The notes beneath the pieces were generated by a model, which made no database searches, was not told the origin of the DNA, and was given only the letters and a program-made list of their open reading frames with translations. A stretch of 64,000 bases of DNA from Rhina ancylostomus (lineage: Eukaryota): contig JARFYF010000022.1 of NCBI GenBank assembly GCA_030265395.1, positions 45,801,935 through 45,865,934 of the forward strand, read 5' to 3'. A program made the translations under genes and the position numbers. Numbering within the stretch: position 1 is the first letter of the stretch; the number at the start of each line of letters is the position of its first letter. This document shows positions 52,119 to 64,000 of the stretch, piece after piece.

Positions 52119-52229
52119 TACATACTGTATATGCTGCTAAGTTTAATTCCATTGGCACTTCAAGTGCCTTTTTCAAAAGACACATCAGCTTTAATGGAAT
52201 GAAGTAACCAATCATATTTCTTATTAATA

Positions 52230-52620
52230 TGTCCCTCAGGATCAAGGGCAACTTGCTTCCACTCCTCTTGTGGGTCCTGAGGTGACTGATGAGGCCAGAG
52301 TGAGACGCACAGACTCTAACAGGAAAGGCAGGATGCACTTGTCGGGATAGGGTTGATAAAGGACCCTTGTTTTGCAGATGATATTTACAAGGCCCATCCT
52401 CTCGTACACGTCAATGAACGAGTTGAGAATGACTTGGTGCTTGGCCTCCAAATGCATACGTGTCCAAGCACCATCTGCATACTGCAGCTCAACTGCTGAG
52501 GGTTGGGATGACCTTGTTCGAGATTGAGGCAATATGGGTCAACAAATTTCCTATTAATTCTGTAAATTAACTCCATTCCGGGAGGTGGGGGGGTTTGTTC
52601 AAAGAGAGTAAGAATTGCAT
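52230..52620 (-). mobile_element. RTE-clade LINE remnant with large internal deletion
   Basis: VELQYADG...YERMGL...KTRVLYQP (RT motif) joined directly to the C-terminal zinc knuckle SHSGLISHLRTH. Confidence 0.75.
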
Positions 52621-53284
52621 TAAGAGAGCACTGCATTACAATTAAAAAGGCGCTTAAGTAATGAAATAGCCTTCCTTGACAGCACCAAGGCTGGGTTTAT
52701 CATGGACCCATTGGTTAGGATTACAACTTTCTGCAGGCAACCAACTTTCAAAGAGCATCCTGCACAGTGTCTCTTAATTGACAGTAAACAATTTAACAGA
52801 CAATGAATCCATAATCCCTGCACTGAAGATTTTAATATGTCAAAACATCTGGCAATGCTTTATTCACAATGCTTTTGAATTGTGGCAATTTATGCAGGAA
52901 AGAAGTCATTAATATAAATCTTTTCCCAAACTGCTTATCAACCAGTTAAATGTAGTAAGAACTACTGACAGACAACCAAAGTAAAGACTGCACCATATTC
53001 CCATACTAAATTGATGATCAGATCAATCTAAGACCCACCAGTGGTCAAACTGCAGAAATACTAATCCTTCAGACCAGCTATTTATTACATTTACCAGTCA
53101 GAGGTATTCCACTTTCAGCAATTACTAGAATCAAACTTTCTGTAAGTTTTTTAATTAAATTCAGTTTCTTTGCAAAATTACCTACTCCTCCCAATGGCAG
53201 TAAATTTTCACCACAGACCTTTAAATTTTGTAAGGTGAACAAGAGACCTAAATCCTTAAATATTTTTAAATTACATTAAATTTT

Positions 53285-53540
53285 ATTTACAGTGTGGTAA
53301 CAGGCCCTTCCGGCCCAATGAGTCCACGCTGCCCATTTAAACCCCAAATTAACCTACCCACGTCTTTAGAATGTGGGAGGAGACCAGAGTGCCCGAAGGA
53401 AACCCACACAGACACGGGAGAATGTACAGACTCCTTACAGACAGCAATGGGAATCAAACCCCGATCGCTGGTGCTGTAATAGTGTTGCACTAACCACTAC
53501 GCTACCGTGCCACCCCTAACCGCTACGCTACTGTGCCACC
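53285..53540 (-). mobile_element. V-SINE with duplicated 5' head
   Basis: V-domain reverse complement (gaatgtgggaggagaccagagtgcc...ctccttacagacagc); taacc-ctacgctac-gtgccacc present twice at 53491-53540. Confidence 0.85.
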
Positions 53541-53779
53541 ACTTGTGTCAACTACTTCCATGAACTCTAGGACTGAGATAAACGTTCACAGGCAACTTCC
53601 AGAACTACGCTATCATTGGCAGTTGACAAGCCGAACATCATGTGGAGAGAAAACTGATTATCCCTGAAAAATGTGATAATGCTGCATGTCTTCTTAAAAT
53701 AATTGTTGTCATTGCCAGGTATTTTAAATACAATTTCACATGAATGGTTCTATGTATGAAAATGGTGAATATAAAACAC

Positions 53780-54060
53780 ATACAGTAAAATTCTAATAAT
53801 GCAATTCAACTATTCAGAAATCCCAATGATTTGGCATCTGGCTCACCAGGTAAGTTCTATTTCCACTTACTGCAGCTCTGGTTGTCCTGTTTCCTTTGAA
53901 CGTACCTGGTCCACCAGAAAATTCGTTATAATACCAAGTAGCATCTAAAACAATGAATTAAAAGTATGTTGGGATCTTAATAGGAATAACCTCCCATAGT
54001 CAAGAAAATCTGCCAGTCCGGCACCACCAGTCCCGAGCATGCCAGATGTATTAATAAGAT
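53780..54060. mobile_element. Non-autonomous Tigger-like DNA element
   Basis: tacagtaaaattctaataat start; gaaaatctgccagtccggcaccac shared with 1872-2190. Confidence 0.5.
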
Positions 54061-54074
54061 GCAACATATGACTG

Positions 54075-54470
54075 CTGTGACACTGTCTTCTGACCTAGAG
54101 ACAGTGCCAAGTCTCACTTCAGAGACTCAGGCACAAAAATCTAGCCTGCCAAACCAATGTAGTAACAAGGGACTGCTGCACTGCCAGAGGTACCATTTTC
54201 AGATGTGTGTCAAATCAAGGTCTTTTCTGGACTCTTAGGTAAATATAAACCACCCCACTGCAATACTTCACAGAGAAAAGGCTGGGGATTTCCAATTATT
54301 CCTTAATTAACATCACCATCTGCTCAGAATCACTGGTGTTACTGGACCTTGCTTGTGACAATCAGCTGCTGCATTTGCAATGCTTGGAAGAGAGTGAGCT
54401 GGCTTCTAAAAAGCATTTTATTCTCTGTAAAATGCTTTGGAATGTGCTGGTACGAGTCTTTCGTTCTATA
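54075..54470 (+). mobile_element. DeuSINE (SacSINE1-like) remnant
   Basis: gctgcactgccagaggtaccattttcagatg...tgtaaaatgctttggaatgt. Confidence 0.65.
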
Positions 54471-55034
54471 ACATTCATCAATTGGCACTGGAGCCCACGG
54501 GTTGACGTGGATAAATTAACACCATCAATTACGAAACTTCACACCTCTTTCATCAACTAACTCTGTTACAATACAGATTCACAAACTCACCAACCAGCTC
54601 ATGTTACACTGTTGGCAGATGTCAGGAAACAAGTTTACAATGAAAAATGACATCCCAACACATGACTCCATAACAAAATTAGCTCAGACAATGTATTGAA
54701 AAGTTGGTTATGATTCATTAATAGTAAGAGGACCACAGAGAATGTCACACAAACAGCATAACATACTGTCCATCATATAACTAGTCAGCATATGTTGATC
54801 GATCCAACCATTAAGCACTTCTTCATAGGAGAGCATGATATGACCACTTATACATCTTTAATTCTTGTTTGAAAGTCCAGCATTACTTATCAGAAGCTAT
54901 GGGCACATGCTTATTGCTATGAGGTTCTCATTTAAGTATTGGCAAAGGCAAAGCCTTGTTACCTCACCTCGAATCCATTCTTTCCCCAGCTACTGTTTCA
55001 AGTTATTGGTATTCTCATCACCTAACCCCCCTTT

Positions 55035-55300
55035 GGCTATTTTAACTCCACGTCCTCAGTCATGATTTGCACCCATTCATCCAAGTCCAACTATCCCAAT
55101 ATTTCTCACCTTCAGACTGGACAACTTCAATGCCCTCTCTAGCTCATCGCAAACTTTCAGCTCACCTGAAACTCTGCTGTCACATCATGTGCACCTCTAA
55201 ACTTACCTATATTAACCTTCAGTCCTTCTTTACTTTAAAATTTTCAACTTCGTGTTTAAATCCCTTCTTGGTCTCATTCCTTCCTCTCCAGAATTTTTGA
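55035..55300 (+). mobile_element. L2 LINE fragment
   Basis: caccttcagactggacaacttcaatgcc...tcagctcacctgaaactctgctg (~TSRLDYSNA...LQLxQNSAA). Confidence 0.55.
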
Positions 55301-55429
55301 GATGGAGTTGTAGGGGCTTAAACACAAGGATAAAAATGCTGAACTTTAGCTACCGATGTACTAGGAGCTAATGTGTATCAAAAAGCTCATGGATAATGGA
55401 TGAGCTGGACTTGTTGCACAGTCGTTACT

Positions 55430-55945
55430 GTGGTGGTGGCTATCCCTCGAAGTTGCAGATGAAGGTCTTTGTTCCGTTGATCTATTTATGGGCTCTCAAG
55501 TGGCCAGTTCTTGACTAGGAGCTTCCAGGCATCACATTGCCTGTTCCTGTTGCCCTCCCCTGATTGCCAAAAGACTTGAGAAGTAGCCCACAGAGCGAAC
55601 ACGCCTGTGCTTGTATTTGTTTAACGTGTACTTGATGTTGCACTACAAAAAGCAACGATACTTCACAAATCAACCAACTGATTCCAATGGCATGGAAACC
55701 ATGATGATTGGAGCTGATGGATTTGTTGCAGCCTTCATCCGCCTTCACGGCCATTGAGTTCAAAATAACTTTGTCCGCCTGTTCCACCGTTGAGGTCTTG
55801 GTTGGACTGTTCTTTGTCAGTGACCTCACCATCGACCTTACCACCATGGGTGACCCTACCAGGAGCATAGCTCCAGACGACATTGCTCTCGGGATCTCAG
55901 GACCACACAAGCTTCTCCACCACGACAAGGTGACAATCCACGGAG
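55430..55945 (-). mobile_element. Non-autonomous RTE-derived element (RTE 5' UTR fused to RTE-like 3' tail)
   Basis: 5' end caccttgtcgtggtggag...agggtcacccatgg...ctgacaaa resembles RTE/BovB 5' ends; 3' end cttcgagggatagcc(acc)n; no RT motifs between. Confidence 0.65.
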
Positions 55946-56324
55946 AACGCAGGTAAATGAGTTATAGATAAGCTTAACTTTCTGGAATAATTCCGTTCTC
56001 CTCACACAATGTTAAAAAATTGCTGAGAACACTGGATGCAACATAGCTGTGGAGCAGAGAACATCCTGGCTGTCATGCTGAAAACCTGCCTGTAGAACAA
56101 GCTGTGCCTCTAGCCAAGCCATTCCATGGCAGCTTCAACACTGGCATCTACCCAGTGTGGAAAGTTACACAGGTATGGTTTGTCTATAGAAAGCAGGACA
56201 TTTACCATCTAAGTGTACTTTTGATCAGCAGCAAAGTGATGGAAGCTGTAATCAACACCGAGAGGAAAAGTGAGATATCAGCCACTACTCCCAGGTGAAC
56301 ACCTCCAGTTACACTCAGTTGGCT

Positions 56325-56570
56325 ACTGGTAATTAGTTTATTATTGTTACATGTACCAAGATACAGTGAAAAGTATTTATTTGCATGCCATCCAGATCAT
56401 TCCATTCATAAGTACATCAAGGTAGTACAAAAAGGAAAAAAGACAGAATGTGGAATATAGTGTTATAGTTACAGAGAAAGTGCACTGTAGGTAGACAAAT
56501 AAAGTGCAAGGGTTTTGATGAGGTAGATTGAAAGATCAAGAGTTCATCTTTATCGTATGAGAGGTCTGAG
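56325..56570 (-). mobile_element. Rex1/Babar 3' end inserted in an older CR1-supergroup LINE fragment (about 56000-56720, +)
   Basis: gtttattattgttacatgtaccaagatacagtgaaaag matches the 51560 and 14520 copies. Confidence 0.75.
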
Positions 56571-57393
56571 CAGGCCACGATATTCGCAAGCCCCAATATC
56601 AGACTTCTAAAATAGACACTATCCCCAGCTCTGTCATGGGAAGAAATTATCAGGTGGACAAAGGAAAGATTCAAGAATAAATAAAAACAGAAAATTTAAG
56701 GATGTGCTCAAAGCCTGGTACATGACTACTTAAAGTATACAGCACCAAGGAGCTCAAGTTCATGCACTGGAAACACACTGGTGCCAAGCAAAAGAGTGTA
56801 CACCTCACAAGCGACCCACCAGGCAGCACCATCGATAACCTAGTGCCACTGTGAAGAATTTTCTTTGTATGCCTTCACAGGAACTTAATAAATTTCAGCT
56901 TAATATGATGTTACTAAGCATCTATAAGGTCTAAGTTGTAAAGAGTTTGCATTCCTTTAACACTTCCTTTATCACATTATTATGGTTTTGTAAAAATTGC
57001 ATGAGAAAACAGCTATTGGTATACGTATGATGTGCAAAGGAGGATAAAAGTACAAAATTAGATGCACAGTGGGAAGAGTTTTGTGTGCAGCTGCTTAGGG
57101 TCTAATGTGCCAAATGGTCCATTTTTGTGCTTAAATAGTTAAAATTTATATACTTTGTTAATGTGTAATATTTTCATACTGACAGCAATAGAACAGTACA
57201 CTGTAGAAAAGCAGGATTCTGCAATACTCAGTGTTTTGCAATGATTCACTAATCAGGCGTGTGGTCAGGAGAAAGCAAGCGAGAAGAGGAGGCCCTGATG
57301 CACAAGTGCTTTTTGGCACAAGTGCTATTTCAATCTTCAACAAGTTTGCTTTTCTACTTAAAGGATGCACATCTTTGTATAAATGTGCCTCAC

Positions 57394-57477
57394 CTTCCTT
57401 TTTCAGCCATTTTACAATGTTCCCCTTTTCCATTGTTGGCGACAGTGCAGGCATCAACACTTGGAGTGGAGCAACAC
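57394..57477 (-). CDS. PDHX: PDHX (E3-binding protein) internal exon, equivalent to human exon 2; start of lipoyl domain
   Basis: Minus strand tctttttctattgcag|GTGTTGCT...AAGGAAG|gtgagg; 84 bp, phase 1/1; encodes [28 protein letters not shown], matching the E3BP/E2 lipoyl-domain motif [21 protein letters not shown]. Confidence 0.96.
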
Positions 57478-57954
57478 CTGCAATAGAAAAAGAGACTAAT
57501 TAACCACTGGGTTNNNNNNNNNNTTCTGAAAAAGGCTTCTGTAGCCCAAACTTCAAAGCCCGAAAAAAACTAAATAGCTCAAAACAGCATCAACACAAAT
57601 GAAAAACAGACCAAATGACAGACCTCCAAACACTGAGTTAACTTTTATTACAGTTTAGAAACTCTAATCAGCATTATCATTTTGTTTGCTTTTCTGTAAA
57701 ATATTCTATTCATGCATCCCACCTCAAAACATTTACTTTTCCCACAATTGTCTAATGTCTGCTAATGCTAAGTCCTCCACATGGATTTGAAAGATAAGCA
57801 TTTACTGAATACGAAGAATAGATAGATGAGGCATAATTGGCAAAGGCTCACTTTATGTGGAGACATTCATTCATTTCCATCCCAAATCACATTCACCCAG
57901 GGACCTGGTAATTTGGTCTGTTCCACAATCTCACGAATGTTTGAGGGCCCTCTG

Positions 57955-58452
57955 TTTGAATATAAAAGTCAGGAAGTCATGTTGCAGCTACATAAAACTT
58001 TCTTAGGCCACATTTAGAGTACTGTGTGCAGTTCTGGTTGCCACAATACAGGAAGGTTGTGGAGGCTTTGGAAAGGGTGCGGAAGAGATTCACCAGGATG
58101 TTGCCTGGATCAGAGAGTATAAGGTGAGGTTGGACAAACTTGGAGTGTAGGAGGCTGAAGGGAGACCTGATAGAAATCTATTAAATTATGAGAGGCGTAG
58201 ATAGAATTGTTAGAGCCTTTACACAGTTTGTTTTAAACAATGAGCGGTAGGTGCCTGAAACACATTGTCAGGGGAGCTGGTAGAAGCAGATACGATAGCA
58301 ATGTTTAAGAGGTATTCGGACAGGCATGTGACCAAGCAGGGAATGGAGCGATACAAATTATGTGTAGACAGATGGGATTAGTTTGAATTGGCATTGTGGC
58401 TGGCACAGACATTGTAGGCTGAAGGGTCTGTTCTGGTACTGTACTGTTCCAT
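57955..58452 (+). mobile_element. CR1/HER1 LINE 3' portion
   Basis: EYKSQEVMLQLHKT...gagtactgtgtgcagttctgg...aagagattcaccaggatgttgcctgga; tail gctgaagggtctgttctggtactgtactgttc. Confidence 0.88.
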
Positions 58453-58459
58453 GTTTTCC

Positions 58460-59915
58460 TTGACTGGAGGCCCAACCAGTTCTCCTCCAGCCACACATTC
58501 AGGGAATTGATGGAACCTGTCCTTACACTCAAAAACTTCTTTTGACTCCAATTACTCTTTCCAGATGAAAGATGTTGGTCCAGGCAACTCGCATGGGCGT
58601 AGCTACACCTGTCCTTTAGTTGGATACATGGAACTGTCCTTGTTCCGGGCTTATTTGAGACCACTCCCGCCTCCCCCCCCCACCCCGCCCAACTCCCACT
58701 CCCTCTCAGATACGTTGATGACTGCTTCCACGCAGAACTCTAAAATCTTATTGCGTTTCCTGCCAATTTCCATGCTGTCCTCACATTTGTGTGGTCCATC
58801 TCTGACACTTCCCTTCCCTTTCCAGATCTCTCAAGAGACAGACCAGCTACTAATATCATTTACTGCCCACAGACTCCCATGGCTATCTTGACCATACAAC
58901 CTACAACAATACTTTCTGCGAGGACACCACTCTTCATTCCCTCCAGTTCCTTTATCGCTGTCGCATTTGTTCCACTGATGAGGCCTTCTACCCAGAGCCT
59001 CTGAAATGCCCTTCTTCTTGAAATGTGGGTGCTCTTTTGCCACAGTGGATAGAGCTCTCAACCACATTTTTATTATTTCCCGCACGTCTGCTCTAACTCC
59101 CTCTCCTCTGGAACAGGACAGATAGATTTCCCTGGTACTCACCTTCTACCCCACCAATCTTTACATTCTGTGTTTTAAAACTTTGCACTTTCTGCCATCT
59201 CCAATATGATCCTGCTGCCAGTCACATCTTCCACTTTCTGCATTTTGCAGAAACTGCTCACTTTGTGATTCCCTGGTCTGCTCTTCTGTCCCCACCCATC
59301 GCTCCCCACCCTACGGCATCTTCCCATACAATCAGAGGAGATGCACCACCTGACCATTGACTGCTTCCCTTCCCAACAACCAGGGACCCAAGCAATCATT
59401 CCAGGTGAAGCAGCAATTCACTTGCACTTCTTCCAATTTGGTGTACTGCATTCAATGTTCAGAATGTGGCTTCATCTAAACTGGAGAAACTAAACACAGA
59501 TTAGGTGATCGCTTTGCAGAGCACCTGCGCTTAGTCCATAGGGGTGATCCTGAGCTTCCTGATGCACACCACTTTAATTCTCAATCCCACTTCTATTCCG
59601 ACCTCTGTTTTTGGCCTCCTTCACTGCCATAGTGAGGCCCAATATAAATTTAGGTAGACTGCTACTATCATGCTCATCTCCCTTTCTCACCGTTTCTATA
59701 AAGCGCCTCACTAACAATTTTTATGCCCCTTATCATCTGATCTGTCTTAACTTATTTCCATGTAGTCTTTTGTCTTACACCCTACTCTTCCCAGCTCTGC
59801 TCTGAAAACTGTAAACCCTCCAGTCTTCCCCCCGTTCTGAGGCAGGGTCCCTGACTCGAAAAGTTACTAATTTCTCTTTCCATACATGCGACTTAACTGG
59901 CTGGATTCTGGTTTT
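58460..59915 (+). mobile_element. Penelope-like retroelement remnant (RT C-terminal half plus GIY-YIG endonuclease), decayed
   Basis: TRMGVATP/~MGxSYxCxxVGYME region, RYVDDC (58708-58725), QVKQQFTCTSSNLVYCIQCSECGFI*TGETKHRLGDRFAEHL (about 59400-59530); degenerate hammerhead-bearing terminus at about 59820-59910. Confidence 0.88.
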
Positions 59916-61394
59916 TATTCCTGCAAATGTTTGGCAGCATCAAAGACCAAACAAAGCAAGCTCTGCAAAAACTGTACAACTTCCAGCCTTAACAGATGCC
60001 TTCATTGATGGCTCTATTTCAGGTCTTCGTTTTGTAGTTGTTTGGCTTAATTCCACAGATTTCTCTTAAATCAATATTTTAACTACCTCCCCTCCAACTG
60101 CAATCATTTTTTCTAAAACCAAGGTGCTATTACTCAGGATAATATCAATTAAAATTGTGAATTTAAATATTACACAATGTATATAGATTTTATTCATGAA
60201 AACTTACCCCATCAATTAATAAGTTTTAAACAGGTAGATATATCATCACTGAATAACATTCTTGGCTGGAAAAATATTACTAAATAATTTGTACAAATAA
60301 TTAATCACAAATTGATGGAATTGATTGAATTCATGAAATGCATTTATATTTTTGCCAGGAATAAATCAGTAATTAACTTAATTTTCCTGTTCTTAGGGTG
60401 TCTTATCACCACCTCCACTGGCACGCATCTGCTNNNNNNNNNNNNNNNNNNNNNNNNNNNNNNNNNNNNNNNNNNNNNNNNNNNNNNNNNNNNNNNNNNN
60501 NNNNNNNNNNNNNNNNNNNNNNNNNNNNNNNNNNNNNNNNNNNNNNNNNNNNNAAGTCGAACACAGAATCTCTGTATTAGTGAACCCAGAAGGTAATCCA
60601 GAGTTTAGCAACAGACGAGTTTGCCTATGTGTTATTGCAAAATGTTTGAGTGTTGATTGTAACAACCATTTATAACATTGTTAAAACAAAGTTCACATCT
60701 TTATGAAATGGCAATGAGGAGAGGAGTACTTGCAGTCTTACATTAGTGACTGCCATCTGTATGCATTTGTTAACTGATATGATCCCTGAAAACCATGGGA
60801 ATTAAACTGGTAAAGACACAAAAGGAAATGAAAAGCAACATCCTGCTTTGTCTACTGTGGATATGTGAAGGCATTCCACTCATTAGAACTAAAATTCCTC
60901 ACCTACATGAGCTTGACATTCAAAGTTTTAAAAGCAGCAAAATCGAGGTATCCTCAGAAATGTGAAGTCTTTTACTAGCCCAAGGACATTAGTACTATCC
61001 ACATCTAACTGATAGTTCATCACTCGTGATAACTAATCAAAATATCAGCAGTCACATGATATGGATCTTGCAGAAAACACACACACAATGTCAGTTTAAT
61101 ACTTGGACATGACTGGCTGGAATGAAAGCCTTGCATAGTTCCCACAGTTCTATGCAATTCATAATATGGTCCAAGTGATCCATCTAAACTGAGCATCTGG
61201 CAGGATTTTTTCTCAAAGATCCTACAACGAAACAGGACACCTTTAACAGAAGTAAAAACTGCTTGGCAAAAATTGTCCATCATGGCACTGAATAATTTAA
61301 ATTGGTTTTCTGCTCTCCATTCCTGCAATGGAAGCTGTCTCATTGCGACTATTATATCAACAGCCTCCCAAACAGTGCAGTGTCTTCTGGGGGG

Positions 61395-61725
61395 CTGAGG
61401 GGGGATGTAGTAGAGTGCTGCTGCTCTGTCAATAATGCCACCTTTCAAATGAACCATTAGCATCTCACATGGATGCAAAGTAACTTATTTTGAAGAAGGG
61501 GAGAGTCCCCTCTGATGTTCTGGCCAATACTTATCCCTCAAACAACAGTAATATCTGGTCATATTACACTGCGTTTTGTGGAACCTTGCTATGTCCATTT
61601 GGCGGTTGTGTATCCTGTATTGCAATATTGTGAACACATATCAGAGTACATTATTAGCCATAAAACAGTTTAGATCATCCTGAGATTATGAAAGGCACTG
61701 CAAAAATACAAAACGCTTGTTTTAT
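61395..61725 (+). mobile_element. DeuSINE (SacSINE1-like) remnant
   Basis: ttttgaagaaggggagagtcccctctgatgttctggccaatacttatccctcaa...tgtggaaccttgct...cctgagattatgaaaggcact. Confidence 0.75.
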
Positions 61726-63049
61726 GTCATTTATCTGGGGATAAATTTAACAATTTCAGCGCCTTAACCAAGACCCCTGTAAATGCCGGACTCTAAAGAC
61801 CCCAGTGCAATTCAAAATGCTAATATGCTACAATTTCCAAAAATGGTGCAAATCAAATAGTTCAGCAATAGGTTTAAAATTATATTTAATTAAGCAAAAC
61901 AATTATTTTGGGGATCTTTAGAACTAAATTGGTTAATTTACCCAACCTGGCAACGTACAAATGTAGGTAAAAAGAAAGCAAAACAAAAATCACTCAGTTC
62001 AGTTGATGGAATCATTCTGCAAAAATATCAGACGCAACAGGATTGCCCTGTTTCTCCACACTGCTCACAGATATCAATAAGTCAATTCTTTGTCTCTCAA
62101 TTGCAACCACTGCTGGCATTTATACGGACACTTCTTATTCCACACAGTACACATATGTCCCCTACTGATGTACTGAAACTGAAGTATGAATGTAATAAGC
62201 TGATTTCATGACAAATTTCCACAACTTTCAAAGTTTTACTGAATTTGAATATGATAAATTTAACATTGCTAAACTGAAAACATAAATTAGGTACAATTAG
62301 GGAAGGAACAGGGGAAAATTGGTCTGCATGTCGCTCAGTTAAACCACTTGTCAGATTTTACTGAGCAGTGGCCACCAGGTTTGGCAGTACTATGCTCCCA
62401 GCAAGGGTCCTGACTGCTGACCAATTCCTTCTGTTGTTAAAATAAGAGGGCAGTTCACATAAATTTAGCTTAAATTCTCTTGAATTTTAGAGGGTAGAGG
62501 AATGAGTTATAATCTAATTGATTTATTTGAATGATATTCAATATATTCAGGAAATCAAATTATTGTATTATCCATAAACAAAGACACAGGCTTGAATTTG
62601 AACTAGACCATTTCAGGATGAGGAAACTATTAATTAGTAAAGTTAGCATAAAATCAGATTGAGCTGCTTTCAAGTGCATTGAATGTAGTTATAATCAATG
62701 ACCATCCATGTGCATTCACCTTATTTTAAAATTAACAAAAAAAATTACAGCTTACCATAAAAGTTGATGTACAGCTACCTCCTGCTATTACAGCCTTTGA
62801 ATTTAGAACACCTTTCTTGGGTATGAAATATATTTAGCTTTTCCCCTATGGGTTTTAGGTTATCAACTTCAAATTCTGAACTCCTATTCCATTAATATCG
62901 TATTATGTTTTACAGTTTCATTGTGTCAAATGAAGTTTGGTAAAATATGAGAATACGTGAAAATACAGACATCAATAAGTAGCATTTTGAAAAATAACAT
63001 CAAATATTACCAATAATAATTTCATTAGACAAACACACAGTTGTACAAT

Positions 63050-64000
63050 TCCCTCCACCAATCCCCATACCCCTGCTTTTTACTCTTTTCAAAAGTTCCC
63101 AGAAAATAGACTTGTACATCAGACTCTACAGTACCTGCCACTTAGGGAAGGAAGTTTCTACTTCCACTATTCCCTGCATGAAGCAATTCCTAAGCTTACT
63201 CCTGAAATCCTCACTATCATTTTTAGGCAACGTCATCTTGTCCTACACTCCGCAGCCAGTGGAACAGTTTCTCTATTCCTATCCTCCATTCTCCTTAATG
63301 ACTTCTATCACATCAACTCTTAACCTTCTGAAGTCCAGAGATTTGTTTGTGTCATCTCTCCTTGCAATTTAACCCCTGGAGTCTAAGGGTTAATCTATGC
63401 TGCTGTCCTTCTGAGGTTAATACATCCCTCCAAAGGCACAGTTCCCAAAAACTCCTGGTACATCAGGAGTGATTTAAACAGGATTATGTATCGCTACTGG
63501 ATAATTTATGGCCCACTAGAAACAAGGCAAGCATTCCATCACTGTTTTAGACTACTTTCTAAACTGACAGTGCCACTTTAAGATCAAGGTACATGAATCT
63601 CCAAGTCCCTTAGCACCTTTTAAGTAAGCACAATTTAAAAGTCACTTTGTTCCACTTTTCAGATCGAAGCTCAGTGACCTCAGTGCCCATCTTGAAACCT
63701 ATTTTCCGCATTCTCTTTGATGCCCCATCTACACTGCTCATGTCACCTATCATTCAGTCTTCAGCAAATCTGAGATAATAGGTTCAATCCCATTATCCAA
63801 TCTACTAAATATAGTGAATAATTGATACCACAGCACAGGTCCTTGTGGAACATCAATAGTCACGTCCTAATAACTCGAGTACCTGCCCGTTAATCCATGT
63901 CTCCTGCAACTCAGTCGGTTTCCTGGCCAAATCAATAATTTTTCTTCAATTCAGTGAGCTTCAAGTTTAGCTAATTGTCTCATGAGAGACTTTATCAGAT
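63050..64000 (-). mobile_element. Old CR1 LINE fragment running off the window end
   Basis: gatcctt/ggtccttgtggaacatca (reverse complement ~VPQG), aaatatagtgaataa, tcagcaaat (FAD), gactttatca. Confidence 0.6.

Noticed and set aside
5761-57477. Alternative assignment as DLAT (E2)
   Set aside because: Only one lipoyl domain precedes the binding domain, and GEDWK and GPRGIFTK are E3BP-type
57478-64000. Search for PDHX exon 1 and a CpG-island promoter
   Set aside because: No CpG-rich segment or targeting-peptide-like exon; region is AT-rich and repeat-filled
1-64000. CRISPR arrays, operons, rRNA genes, prokaryotic defence systems
   Set aside because: Eukaryotic intronic DNA; no regularly spaced repeat-spacer array or rRNA-like sequence seen

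Overview
Vertebrate genomic DNA from a draft assembly with many N gaps. The repeats (V-SINE/HE1-type SINEs, CR1/HER1, Rex1/Babar, DeuSINE/SacSINE1, Penelope) point to a cartilaginous fish, probably a batoid (inference). The whole window lies inside one minus-strand gene, PDHX (E3-binding protein of the pyruvate dehydrogenase complex). Four internal coding exons are resolved with GT-AG junctions and consistent phases: 57394-57477, 41652-41752, 6337-6536 and 5761-5859. The last is missing from the supplied ORF track. They encode the lipoyl domain, hinge and E3-binding domain; exon 1 and exons 6 onward appear to lie outside the window. The rest is intron, densely filled with decayed and often nested transposable elements. 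I do not see a convincingly new protein-coding system. The most interesting signals are RNA-level: Penelope-derived elements carrying minimal hammerhead-ribozyme motifs (one with intact core nucleotides, sense to the pre-mRNA, about 0.3 kb upstream of the exon 4 acceptor), a bipartite non-autonomous RTE derivative, V-SINEs with two alternative LINE tails, and a few unique-looking stretches with enhancer-like motif clusters. Repeat family names come from recalled consensus motifs, not database searches, and repeat boundaries are approximate.
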